A stretch of DNA of 61,614 nucleotides, counting the filler, from Pirum gemmata (taxonomy: Eukaryota), in the NCBI GenBank assembly GCA_002812295.1. It is 11 parts of 11 records of this genome, joined end to end, with 100 filler letters (N's around TTAATTAATTAA, not from the genome) between each part and the next. Parts side by side here need not be neighbours in the genome. Positions count along the whole stretch, not along the records: positions 45,368 to 50,701 come from PDIN01000576.1; positions 50,802 to 56,150 come from PDIN01000577.1; positions 56,251 to 61,614 come from PDIN01000578.1; 8 more parts are not named here. One strand, 5' to 3'. This document shows, piece by piece, positions 50,230-61,614 of the stretch (positions within the stretch are counted from its first letter, which is position 1; each line of letters opens with the position of its first letter). The notes under the pieces were generated by a model. That model was not told the origin of the DNA. It made no database searches and was given only the letters and a program-made list of their open reading frames with translations. The position numbers and the translations under genes are program-made.

Positions 50230-52269
50230 TTTGCTCGTTTTTTGTTTTTTGTTTTTTGTTTTCGTGCTTTATCAGTTAGTTAAGAAAAGCTATATATATT
50301 ACATCATATTTAATAATATATACTGAGAACGATGTGCGAAAACTACATAAATAAATAAAAAAAAAAATTATATATCAGATAAATTTGTAAATATATCATA
50401 ACCTAGTTAAACCTACTTCCATTTTTTATTTTTTATTTTTACTTTTTTTTACTCTGTTTTATACCCTTTTTTTTATTTGTCGTTCTTTTTTGTTTAGACT
50501 AGGCCTGGGTCTATTATCATTATATAATTTTTTTTTTTTTTAAAGACTGTCTGCCTAACTAAAGACTCTAAACAGCTGATAAACGTTGTCAACTAGTCTA
50601 CTATCGTTCTTTTCAGTTGTTTTGTCATGAGAAAATATACAATAAATAGTACCAAATTAATATAATATGAATCCATTTCATTTAATTTGGTATATTTTAT
50701 TNNNNNNNNNNNNNNNNNNNNNNNNNNNNNNNNNNNNNNNNNNNNTTAATTAATTAANNNNNNNNNNNNNNNNNNNNNNNNNNNNNNNNNNNNNNNNNNN
50801 NGGTTAGGGTTAGGGTTAGGGTTAGAGTTAGGGTTAGGGTTAGGGTTAAGGTTAGGGTTAAGGTTAGGGTTAAGGTTAGCGTTATCGTTAGCGTTAAAAA
50901 GGTTAGCGTCCAGGTTAGAGCTCAACATCTTTATCATCTTTAAATTTATCTTCGTACTATTTATCAATATCATTGTCATGTTTTTACCATTATATTTACC
51001 ATTATCATTATCATTATATTATCCTTATTTTTATCATTATCATTATAATTATCATTATCATTATTAATATCCTTATCATTATCCTTATCCTTATCATTTT
51101 CATTATCATATGCGTGATCATAATCATATTGTATGATTAATATTTCAATTTTAATATAATTATACGTATTATACCCAGCCTGCTTTTCAACGACCATTAT
51201 CATTATCCTTATCATTATCATTATCCTTATCATTATAATCCTTATCATTATCATTATCATTATCATTATCATTGTCATTATCATATGCATGATCATAATA
51301 TTTCAATTAATATAATTATACATATTATAGCCAGCCTGCTTTTCAGCGATTTTATTACTCTGACTACATGGTCATTCCAACTAAACATATTAATATGATA
51401 TTGATATCTCAAATGATAATAATAATTTATAAAATAATATTATTTACTTCTATTAATAAGCTATCGCAGATTCACAGACCACTTTATTGCAACTGGTTGT
51501 AGGATTAATGCACTAATTAACAACTAATACTTATTTATTATTTATAAATATGATAAAAATAAAAATAAAAATAAACTTCCAATTATTGATAATAATAATA
51601 TAGTAATAATATAATGTATGGGTAAAAATAAAAATAAAAGTAAACTTCCAATTATTGATAATAATAATATATTATTTTAAAAAAACAATATAATATATGC
51701 ATGGTAGTCTATAGCTAGTAGATAACTTTATAAAGCTGTACATGTGGACTTTTTTAAATTAAAATATTATGGACCATGATTAATAGTAGTAGTATTAATA
51801 GCAGTAGTAGTAATAGTAGTAGTGCTAGCCTAACCCTATAGCTAACCCTGTTAAACCCTAACCCCTATTAAACCCTAACCCCTAACCCTGTTAAACCCTA
51901 ACCCCTGTTAAACCCTAACCCCTATCAACTAACCCTAACCCTAACCCTAACCCTAACCCCTAACCCCTAATCCAACCTGACCCTATAGCTAACCATAGCC
52001 CACTCGTAACCCTAACCCTAACCCTAACCCTAACCCTAACCCTACAGCTAATCTTAATCTTATTTCTGACCCTAACCCTAAAAAAAATATTATGTCTGCA
52101 TAATAAATACCACGGTATCCGATAAACAATAATAATATTTTATGAGTCATTATGAATTTATGACTATATATCGATAGGAAACTAATCTGGAAAGAGGAAA
52201 CTAATTATGAACTATAAATATATCATATATATTATAATTATACTACTACTATTAAAATATTATGATAAG

Positions 52270-52300
<31 letters not shown>

Positions 52301-52560
52301 AATTATATAATATTAGACTAATATTATTATATTACATTTTTAATATCATGAGTTATAAATAAATAAAAATAAAAATAAAAATAGAAAAAGAGAAGAAACG
52401 AAACAATGAAAAATTGAAAACACAACCGGTGACAAGTCACCGACAACAGTAAAACAAAACAAAACAAAACAAAAAAAAAAGTGATGGGAGTTTGTGGCTC
52501 TTGAGGGAGATAATATAAATACAACACGCGCGAAAAGATGTTGCTCTAAAAACAAAAAAC

Positions 52561-52591
<31 letters not shown>

Positions 52592-52705
52592 ACAAAAACA
52601 AAAACCAAATTGGAAATCATAAACAAAACTATTGTTTTGTTTTGTTTTTTTTTTTATAGTCATCACAATACATACAAATCCAACATAATTAGAATCTTTT
52701 TAATA

Positions 52706-52748
<43 letters not shown>

Positions 52749-52806
52749 TAATAATAATATAATAGTATACGTAATAATCAAAAACGAAGTTAAAAAATAA
52801 AACAAA

Positions 52807-54893
52807 ATGACTTTTTATGAATATGAAAAAGAAGACGGTGGAGACCTTTCAAAATTACCAACCCTTCCCAACAATGATAATGAAGTGATTTCAGTAGGTA
52901 CTACTACCAACCTAACTAAAAGAAAAGAAGCTAAAGGTGAAACTTTGGGTGTGTTAGAGGATTTTGATTGTGAAGAATCATTTGATCCAGAAAATCCAAA
53001 TTGGTCTAAAGAGGAGTTAAAAGAAATTGAAGATGGTTTAAATTGGAGGTTAGGATTAACAGTTCGCGCTGTAGTTTTAGGAATAACGGTAGGTATTTTG
53101 TGTACATTTATGTTGATGAAAATCACCCTTTGGAATTCTGCTTCCACTCCAGGATGGTCTTTACCCGCTGTTTTGATATCCTATGTGTTGTTGAAATTGT
53201 TCCACAAAGTAATGGCAAAATTTGGTAAAAATGTTATACCGTTAAGTAAATATGAATTGGTTTGTATTCAAACCATGACGGTGGCTATTACTTCGGTTAC
53301 TGGTGGTATGGGTTTTGGTACTTATATGGCTGCTATTCTCCCTAATTGCATTGCTAATTACGAGGGTTACACTTATGCTGAGGTACAAGCCAACTCTACT
53401 ATTATGGACAATCTAAGTACTAGAACTCAAGCTTTTCAATGGCAAAACATATTCGGCTTTGGTGCTTGTTTAGCTTTTACTTCAGTTAATTTAGTTACGG
53501 TTTTAAGAAAAATGATGATTGTACATTATCGATTACCGTTTCCATCTCCTTCGGCTACCGCTTTGTTGATCTCCTCTTTTGTACAGGCTAATTCTCCAGA
53601 AAGAGAGAAAAAGATTAACATTTTTTCTGCGGTTGGTGGTGGGTTTTTTGTTTGGGCTTGTATATCTTGGATTTTTGCAGGTTCTGTTGCTTATGCTTCT
53701 GATAATGTTTCTCTTTGTTCTGCATTTGCTATGCCGGTTTTGGGACTAACGGCTTTACGTTACAGTTGGTATTTTAATGCTAATGCTGAAAACTTGATGT
53801 ACGGTGGTATTGCTTGCTTAACACCTAGAAATGTCAACTTTTCTAGTGTGATTGGTAGTATTTTCTTTTTTGGTTTGTTGTTCCCTATTATTTGGGATAA
53901 AGGCTATGAAATAACGGATGCTGCTACCCAAGGAACTACAGTACCACCAGGGTATTGGTTTGTCTATGGTCCTGGTATTAGTTTTTACTCACAAATGGGT
54001 GGTTATAGTGTTTTCTTTATGATCTGTTGCGTTTTAGGTAATGGTTGTTGGATAGTTGTAGATATGACAAAAGAAACTATCAAATCTTTTATTGAAAGAA
54101 GAAGAGAAGCTAAAAACCCTACCCCTGATCCTCGACCAGTAGCTGAGATAAGAGAGGAAGCGCTTAGAATTAAAATTATGGAAGAAAGTACTATTAACAC
54201 ATGGATTTTAGTAACGGTATTTTTATCTACTTGTGTTATGGGTATTGTGGCTATTCCTTATATTTTTCCGTTTATTAAATGGTACATGGTTTTATTAGGT
54301 TACATTATTTTCCCTATTATTGCCGTTATGAATGTGTATTTGACAGGTTTAACTGATCAAGGCATTACCTTTTTAATTGCTAAAGGATTAATTTTTGCGG
54401 TTGGTAGTTGGTTTAATAGTTCCTTGGGTACTTATGACGGGTTTGCGGCACTGATGATCTTTTTAGGGATTATAGCTTTTGGTAGTCAAAATAGTTCTGA
54501 TATAATGGGTGATTATAAAACTGCTTTTATTTTGAAAGCTTCTTCAACAAGCATGTACCTCTCTGAAATGATTGGTTTGTTTATTGGTTGTCTTGTTTGC
54601 CCAACTGTTTTTTATATTTTCCAAGAAAGTGCTGAAGATATGGGTTTTAAAACTTCTGCTTATCCAATCGGTTATGCATCAGGTACTAATTTTTTTCTAT
54701 GTTTTTCTATGTAACACAATGCTATATAACTATAACTATAACCCTATATAACCCTAACTCTTAACCCTAACTCTTAACCCTAACTCTTAACCCTACATCT
54801 TAACCCTAACTCTTAACCCTAACTCTTAACCCTAACTCTTAACCCTAACTCTTAACCCTAACTCTTAACCCTCACTTTTAAATTTATTAATTA

Positions 54894-54945
<52 letters not shown>

Positions 54946-55422
54946 TCAGCTTACATCGGTATTGGTCATATTGCATTGGAAGGTTTTGGTGCATTACCTA
55001 AATACGCCACTACAATCGGTTGTGTATTCTTTATTTGTGCTTTCGTTTTTGAACCAATAAAACAATATATCGTATTCGGATTCGTTAAATCTCCAAGGGC
55101 AAGAAAATTCGTAAACGATTATTGGCCGAATTGGATGGTTATGGGATTATACGCTTACTTACCACCTGGAGATTACATGCTTCCATTGTTTGTTGGATGG
55201 ATTTTGTGTGAACTTTGGTTAAACAGATCAAAAACTGCTTGTTTAAGTTTTCGTTCTATTGTTGGGGCTGCTATTATTGTTGGTGTTAATATCTGGGGTA
55301 TTCCTCAGTGTATTTTAGGGTTGGGAAATGTTTCTGCACCTGCTTGTTTGACTGCTTGGCCTACACTTGATTGGAGACTTACGGTTAATACTAGTGATAT
55401 TACTGATTTAAATTATTATTAA
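52807..55422 (+). CDS. OPT-family (YSL-like) transporter; exons 52807-54682 and 54950-55422, 782 aa
   Basis: Motifs LTVRAVVLG, YRLPFPSPSATALLI, MGDYKTAF, EGFGALP. The G|GT...AG|CT intron gives the in-frame join YASAYIGIGHIALEG. Confidence 0.92.
54735..54872. repeat. 13-bp telomere-derived tandem repeat TTAACCCTAACTC inside the OPT intron
   Basis: About 9 head-to-tail copies. Confidence 0.88.
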
Positions 55423-56007
55423 TTAACTTTAAAGTTGATTTTTAGGTTTACGGTTAATACTATTGATATTACTGATTTAAATTACGTATACTATTAACTT
55501 CAATTTTTCAATTTTTTAATTTTTAATTCGATTTAATTTTATTTATTTATAGACTTACGGTTAATACTATTGATATTACTGATTTAAATTACTATTTTAA
55601 CATTAATTTTTTGAATTTTTAATTTAATTTGATTTATAATTTGATTTATAATTCTTACATTTTTTAAATTTTTTTTTTTGAAAACTACTACTACTACTAT
55701 GATACATTGGGCTGTTAGATAAGTCTCTATCGCTTTTATAATAATTAATACAACGTGACTTGAAATTTTAATAATGAATTAACATAAACAATAACAATAA
55801 AATAAAATAGATAATTCTTTAATTCTTTAAAATTTTTAATTTGGTTTGATTTATAACCCCTAAACCTATTATTATTATTATTATTATTATTATTTATTAT
55901 CATACATGAAAAAAATAGACTCTTAAAACCAAAACAAGAAAACAATTATATAATCCTGATTTCTACCCTAATAAAATATAAGTTATAAATACTTACAGCA
56001 ATAATGA

Positions 56008-56042
<35 letters not shown>

Positions 56043-56387
56043 TATTAATTAAGTATGACTCAGCAAAACCAAAAGAAGACAACGATTATAGAATATTAAT
56101 AAATGTAAAACCTTTTAAATACTTAACCTAATAATATGATATTATTATTANNNNNNNNNNNNNNNNNNNNNNNNNNNNNNNNNNNNNNNNNNNNTTAATT
56201 AATTAANNNNNNNNNNNNNNNNNNNNNNNNNNNNNNNNNNNNNNNNNNNNTTATTATTATTATTAGTATCATTATCATTATCATCATTATCATTATTATT
56301 TACATATATTATTTGCTTATTTAAAAGTGTTTTTAATTAACAAACACAAACAAACAAACAAACAAAAAAAAATACAAAAAAAAAAAA

Positions 56388-59300
56388 ATGAGTTTAAAAC
56401 TTGCCTCCTCTGTACTTCCCCAACAAGAAAGGAAAATACAAAACGGGACTTCACAATTATCTACTTCAACAAAATCCAAAAAAAAAAGTAGCAACAGAAA
56501 TGTATCTGGAGCCGTTAATGTCAACTCAGATGCCTCTAGTTCTGCGAGTTCCGGATCAGAATCGGAATCTGATGAAAATGATAATAATGATAAAAAGGCA
56601 AAGAAAAAAACTGTCAGTAGTGTTCAAATTAGAAGAAGCGCAATGAAACGCGGTTCTGTTACCGTAATCAGCACCAAAACGGTTGGTTTAAGTCGAGGTA
56701 CTACTGCTAAAACTTGTGGACGTTGTAGTAAGCCTATTATTGGTGAATATGTTAATTTAAATGATGATTTATTTTACCACGAGCAATGTGCAAAAATCAG
56801 TAAGAAAAGTACCGTGGGTGAAAAAAGAAAATTTTTCGAAATGCAATTACAAGCAGCAGCAGCAGCAAGACCAGTGGCAGTTAAAAAAATGAACACTGGA
56901 ACCATCACAACCACAAGAGCTACGCCAAATAAAAAGCCAACAACTAAAAAAGCAAAAGATGAACAACAACAACAACAACAACAACAACATCATCATCACC
57001 ATCCTCTTGTTGAGCCGAGTACTAATAAAAATGATAGGCAAGCAGTATCAACGTTAACCACAAACAAAGCAAAAGCTACTTCAGCTTCGGAACGTGCCAA
57101 TGTTGATGGTTCTGATTCTAGCTCTGATTCTGATTCTGATTCCGGTAATAATGACAAGGCTTCAAAAGGCAAAGCTAAAGGAAAGAAAAAGAACAAAGAA
57201 ACAAAATCAGCAGCAATGAAGGAAGTAGTTGGTAATGTTGATGGTTCTGATTGTAGCTCTGATTCTGATTCTGATAATAATGACAAGGCTTTAAAAGGCA
57301 AAGCTAAAGGAAAGAAAAAGAACAAAGAAACAAAATCAGCAGCAATGAAGGAAGTAGTTGGTGATGTTGATGGTTCTGATTCTAGCTCTGATTCTGATTC
57401 TGATAATAATGACAAGGCTTCAAAAGGCAAAGCTAAAGGAAAGAAAAAGAACAAAGAAACAAAATCAGCAGCAATGAAGGAAGTAGTTGGTAATGTTGAT
57501 GGTTCTGATTCTAGCTCTGATTCTGATTCTGATAATAATGACAAGGCTTCAAAAGGCAAAGCTAAAGGAAAGAAAAAGAACAAAGAAACAAAATCAGCAG
57601 CAATGAAGGAAGTAGTNCTGATTCTAGCTCTGATTCTGATTCTGATAATAATGACAAGGCTTCAAAAGGCAAAGCTAAAGGAAAGAAAAAAGACAAAGAA
57701 ACAAAATTAGCAGCAATGAAGGAAGTAGTAGGTAATGTTGATGGTTCTGATTCTAGTTCCAGCTCTGATAATGATGATGATGATGATTGGAAAGGTAGTA
57801 AAAACGGCAGTAATCAAGCTAAATTTTCACTCACAGATGTTGTAAGTAAGGTTGATAATTCTAACCCCAGTTCTGCTTCTAATAATGGTAATGATGAAAA
57901 GGATGTCAAAGGTAACAACAAAGTTGATGATCAAACCAAATCTTCACTAGCTGCTGCTATAAAAGATGTTGTAAGTAATGTTGGTGATGCTGATTCCAGT
58001 TCTGATTCTGAAAATGATTCTGATAATGATGAAAAGGCTTCTAAACGCAAAACTAAAGATAACAACAAAAAAGAAAAACCTAATCTATCAACACCACCAC
58101 AAACTGCTACACTAGTTGATAAAATGAAACAAACAGCAGAACTTGGTCGTGAGAAAACCGATTCCAATCCTAATAACAATGAAAAAGATTCCAAACTTAT
58201 AATTAAGACTAAAGGTAATGACGATGATAGAAAAACTGATAAGGATAAAGAGAATGATCATACAGATAGCTTGGATTCCAGTTCTGATTCTGACTCTGAC
58301 ATTTGGGGTGACGCAGCCTCAGCACTAGAAGCAATGAAGGAAGTAGTCGATGTTGTCGGTTCTAACAAAAGTAGTGATTCTGATTCTGATTCCGGCAATG
58401 AAGAAAAATCTTCTGAACCCAAGGCTAAACGCAACAAAAAAGAAAAAACACCATCACCATCACCATCAAAATCAACACCAGCACAAACACCAAGCACAAC
58501 TGATAATATGCAATTAGCAGAAGAGCTTAGTCGCGGTAAGAAAGATAGTGGTGATTCCAGCTCTGATTCTGATTCTGATTCTGATTCTAACAATGATAAA
58601 AAAGATACCAAACATAAAGGCAACAAAGGAAACAAAGGAAACAAAGGAAACAAAGCGAAATCAGCTCTAGCAGCAATGGAAGAAGCAGTAGGTGTTGTTA
58701 ATGATTCTCATTCTAGTTCAGACTCTGATTCTGACTCTGATAATGGTGATCAGTTGGTATCTAAAGATAAAGCTACTAAAAGCAATAAAGGTAAGAGTGG
58801 TATTGCAGCTGATTTAAGTGGTGAAAAAGCATTAGCAGATGGTTCTGATTCCAGTTCGGATTCTGATAGTGATAATAATGAAAAAGCATTTAAACGAAAA
58901 GCAGAGAAAACAAAGAAATCTAAAACAAAAAACAAAAACGTGGGTGAAATTGATGATGTTAGTGTTGATAAGGGTTCCAGCTCTGACACCAGTTCTGATA
59001 GTGAATCGGATAACGATAATACGGATCTTGGACAAGTAAATGAGCATGATGTCATTGATGATAACGATAACAGCAATAGTCATTCTATTAATATAACTTG
59101 TGAAAGTTGTGACAAAGCTATTACTGGAGCTTATATTAATCTGGAAGAAAAGTTTTATCACGATGAATGTATTCGTTGTGGATCTTGTGATGAAGGAATT
59201 GGGCATGGAGCTTGCATTGCTACTAGTGAAAATATTTATCACCAGGACTGTTTCAAATGTAATGATTGTCATATTAAAATTGAAGGTGGGCAGAAAAGTT

Positions 59301-61462
59301 GCTTTATTGAGGGTAATTTAACTTGTGGTGGATGTGCGGAAAATAGATATAATGCTCAAATTATACCTCCTAACAATAGCAATAATAACGAAAATGGTGA
59401 TTCCTCTAGCTCTGATTCTGATTCTGATAATGATGAAAAAACCCCTAAACGGAAAGCTAAAGGCAGTAAAAAAGGTAAAAAGTCAGCAACAAAGAGACAA
59501 GCAGGGGAGCTTGGGAGTAAAAAAGTAGATGGTTCTGATTCTGATTCTAGCTCTGACTCTGATTCTGATAATGATGAAAAAACTTCTAAGCCCAAGAAAG
59601 GTAAAAATAGCAAAAGAGATGACGATAATGATGGCTTACAAAACTTAGCAAGAGTGGCTGGTATTGGTAATGATGATGGTTCTGATTCCAGTAGTTCTGA
59701 TTCTGACTCTGATTCTGATTCTAATAATGGCGACGAAAAAGCTTCTAAACGCGCGAAGAAAACAAAGAAATCTAAAACTAAAAACAAGAAAGCAGGAGAA
59801 ATTGGTGATGTTAATGGTGATGTGGATTCCAGCTCGGACTCCAGTTCTGATAGTGAATCAGATAATAATGAAAAATCTATATCCAAATCCAAATCGAAAA
59901 AGAAAAATAATGATAATGACAGCAATAGTCGTTCTATCAATATAACGTGTGAAAGTTGTGACAAAGCTATTACTGGAGCTTATATTAATCTGGAAGAAAA
60001 GTTTTATCACGATGAATGTATTCGTTGTGGATTTTGTGATGAAGGTATTGGGCATGGAGCTTGTATTGCTACTAGTGAAAAAATTTATCACCAAGACTGT
60101 TTCAAATGTAATGATTGCCATATTAAAATTGAAGGTGGGCAGAAAAGTGGCTTCATTGAGGGTAATTTAACTTGTGGTGATTGTGCGGAAAATAGATATA
60201 ATGCTCAAATTATATCCCCTAACAATAACAATAATAACGAAAATGGTGATTCCTCTAGCTCTGATTCTGATTCTGATAATGATAATGAAAAGACCCCTAA
60301 ACGTAAAGCTAAAGGCAGTAAGAAAGGCAAAAAGTCAGCATCAGCATCAGCAACAAATAGACAAGCAGAGGAGCTTGGAAGTAAAAAAGTAGATGGTTCA
60401 GATTCTGATTCAAGCTCTGATTCTGATTCTGATAATGATGAAAAGACTCCTAAACGTAAAGCTAAAGGCAGTAAGAAAGGCAAAAAGTCAGCATCAGCAT
60501 CAGCAACAAATAGACAAACAGGGGAGCTTGGAAGTAAAAAAGTAGATGGTTCTGATTCTGATTCTAGCTCTGATTCTAATTCTGATAATGATGAAAAGAC
60601 CCCTAAACGTAAAGCTAAAGGTAGCAAGAAAGACAAAAAGTCAGCATCAGCATCAGCAACAAATAGACAAGCAGGGGAGCTTGGAAATAAAATGGTAGAT
60701 GGTTCTGATTCTGATTCTAGTTCTGATTCTGATTCTGATTCTGATTCTGATTCTAATAATGGAAAGAGTTCTAAACATAAAACTGCTAAAGTTAGTAAAA
60801 AGAAATCCAAACCTAAAGCTAAGAATGAAGGAGACTCTGGTAAAAATATTGGCGTTGACGCGGGTAGCGACAGTTCTAGTACCACTACGCTAGTTAGCAC
60901 GACATATTGTGATCATTGTGCTAAACTTATTTACGGGCTATGTATAACTTTAATGGATAAAAAATATCATGGTGATTGTATTCGTTGTAATAGTTGTGAT
61001 CAAAATATTGGTGCTGGTGATTGTATAATTAGTAATGATAAAGTCTTTCATCAACCTTGTTATAAATGCAATGATTGTGATATACAAATAGAAGTAGGGC
61101 AAAAGAGTTGTTATATCAAAGATAAACTTACATGTGATACTTGTGCACAACAAAAACATCAAACTTCTGTACTGGATAAAAACAAACATGTGTGCGCTAA
61201 ATGTAAAAACGCTATCACGGATCAGTATCTAACATGTTCTGATTTATTTTATCACCAGAATTGTTTTACTTGTAATAAGTGTGACCAAAATATGGCCGGC
61301 GAGCAAATTGTTAATGTTGGTGGAGATATTATACATAGTGCATGTTATAGTTGCGCCGGTTGTGAAACTAGTTTGATTGGAACCATGTTTGCTAATATTG
61401 AGGGACAGGATCTTTGTGCACCATGCGCCGAAAAAAAGGGATATGTTTTGAAAACTGCATAA
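56388..61462 (+). CDS. Large (~1700 aa) LIM-type zinc-finger protein with S/D- and K-rich repeats; single gene split by the collapsed gap at n57617
   Basis: The single n replaces 17 bp of the 123-bp repeat unit. Restoring them joins ORFs 56388 and 57716 in frame. CxxC..HxxC..CxxC..CxxC modules at 59099-59335, 59948-60184, 60908-61144 and 61193-61426. Confidence 0.85.
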
Positions 61463-61513
61463 AAAATATGCAGTTATATTAAAAGAAAGTAAATAAATTA
61501 TTATTAATTATTG

Positions 61514-61588
<75 letters not shown>

Positions 61589-61614
61589 TTCATTTATTTA
61601 TTTATTTATTTATT

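Noticed and set aside
57617..57716. Programmed frameshift or two-gene arrangement in the LIM locus
   Set aside because: It is exactly explained by one n replacing 17 bp of the repeat unit.
56996..60900. Antisense ORFs over the LIM gene and other genes
   Set aside because: They are shadows of repetitive sense-strand codons with no independent features.

Overview
Very AT-rich eukaryotic DNA, not one contiguous locus. It is 11 unrelated ~5.3-kb scaffolds (one of 7 kb) joined by artificial 100-bp spacers (N44-TTAATTAATTAA-N44). Supported genes: a secreted acidic protein with YDDFAQ repeats, a 5'-truncated PX-domain protein with docking-type Tyr/Pro motifs, a partial multi-exon ABCG transporter, an intronless P3A H+-ATPase, the 5' exons of an HR1-domain gene, a GATA factor, a two-exon OPT/YSL transporter, and a large LIM-type zinc-finger protein split by a collapsed assembly gap. 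The gene-poor scaffolds carry at least five families of short dispersed, MITE-like repeats (three with demonstrable TA, 3-bp or 8-bp target duplications), TTAGGG-type interstitial repeats, minisatellites and tRNA relics. The most unusual signal comes from comparing duplicated copies: recurrent micro-insertions at TA sites (TA>TATCGATA, TACGATA, TATGATA, TATCATA), extra TTAA units, and a (CTAG)n tract with a 10-bp duplication. I infer that much of the non-coding DNA consists of stacked transposon excision footprints. GT-AG introns, TTAGGG repeats, an HR1 domain and pTyr-type motifs suggest a unicellular opisthokont (inference only).
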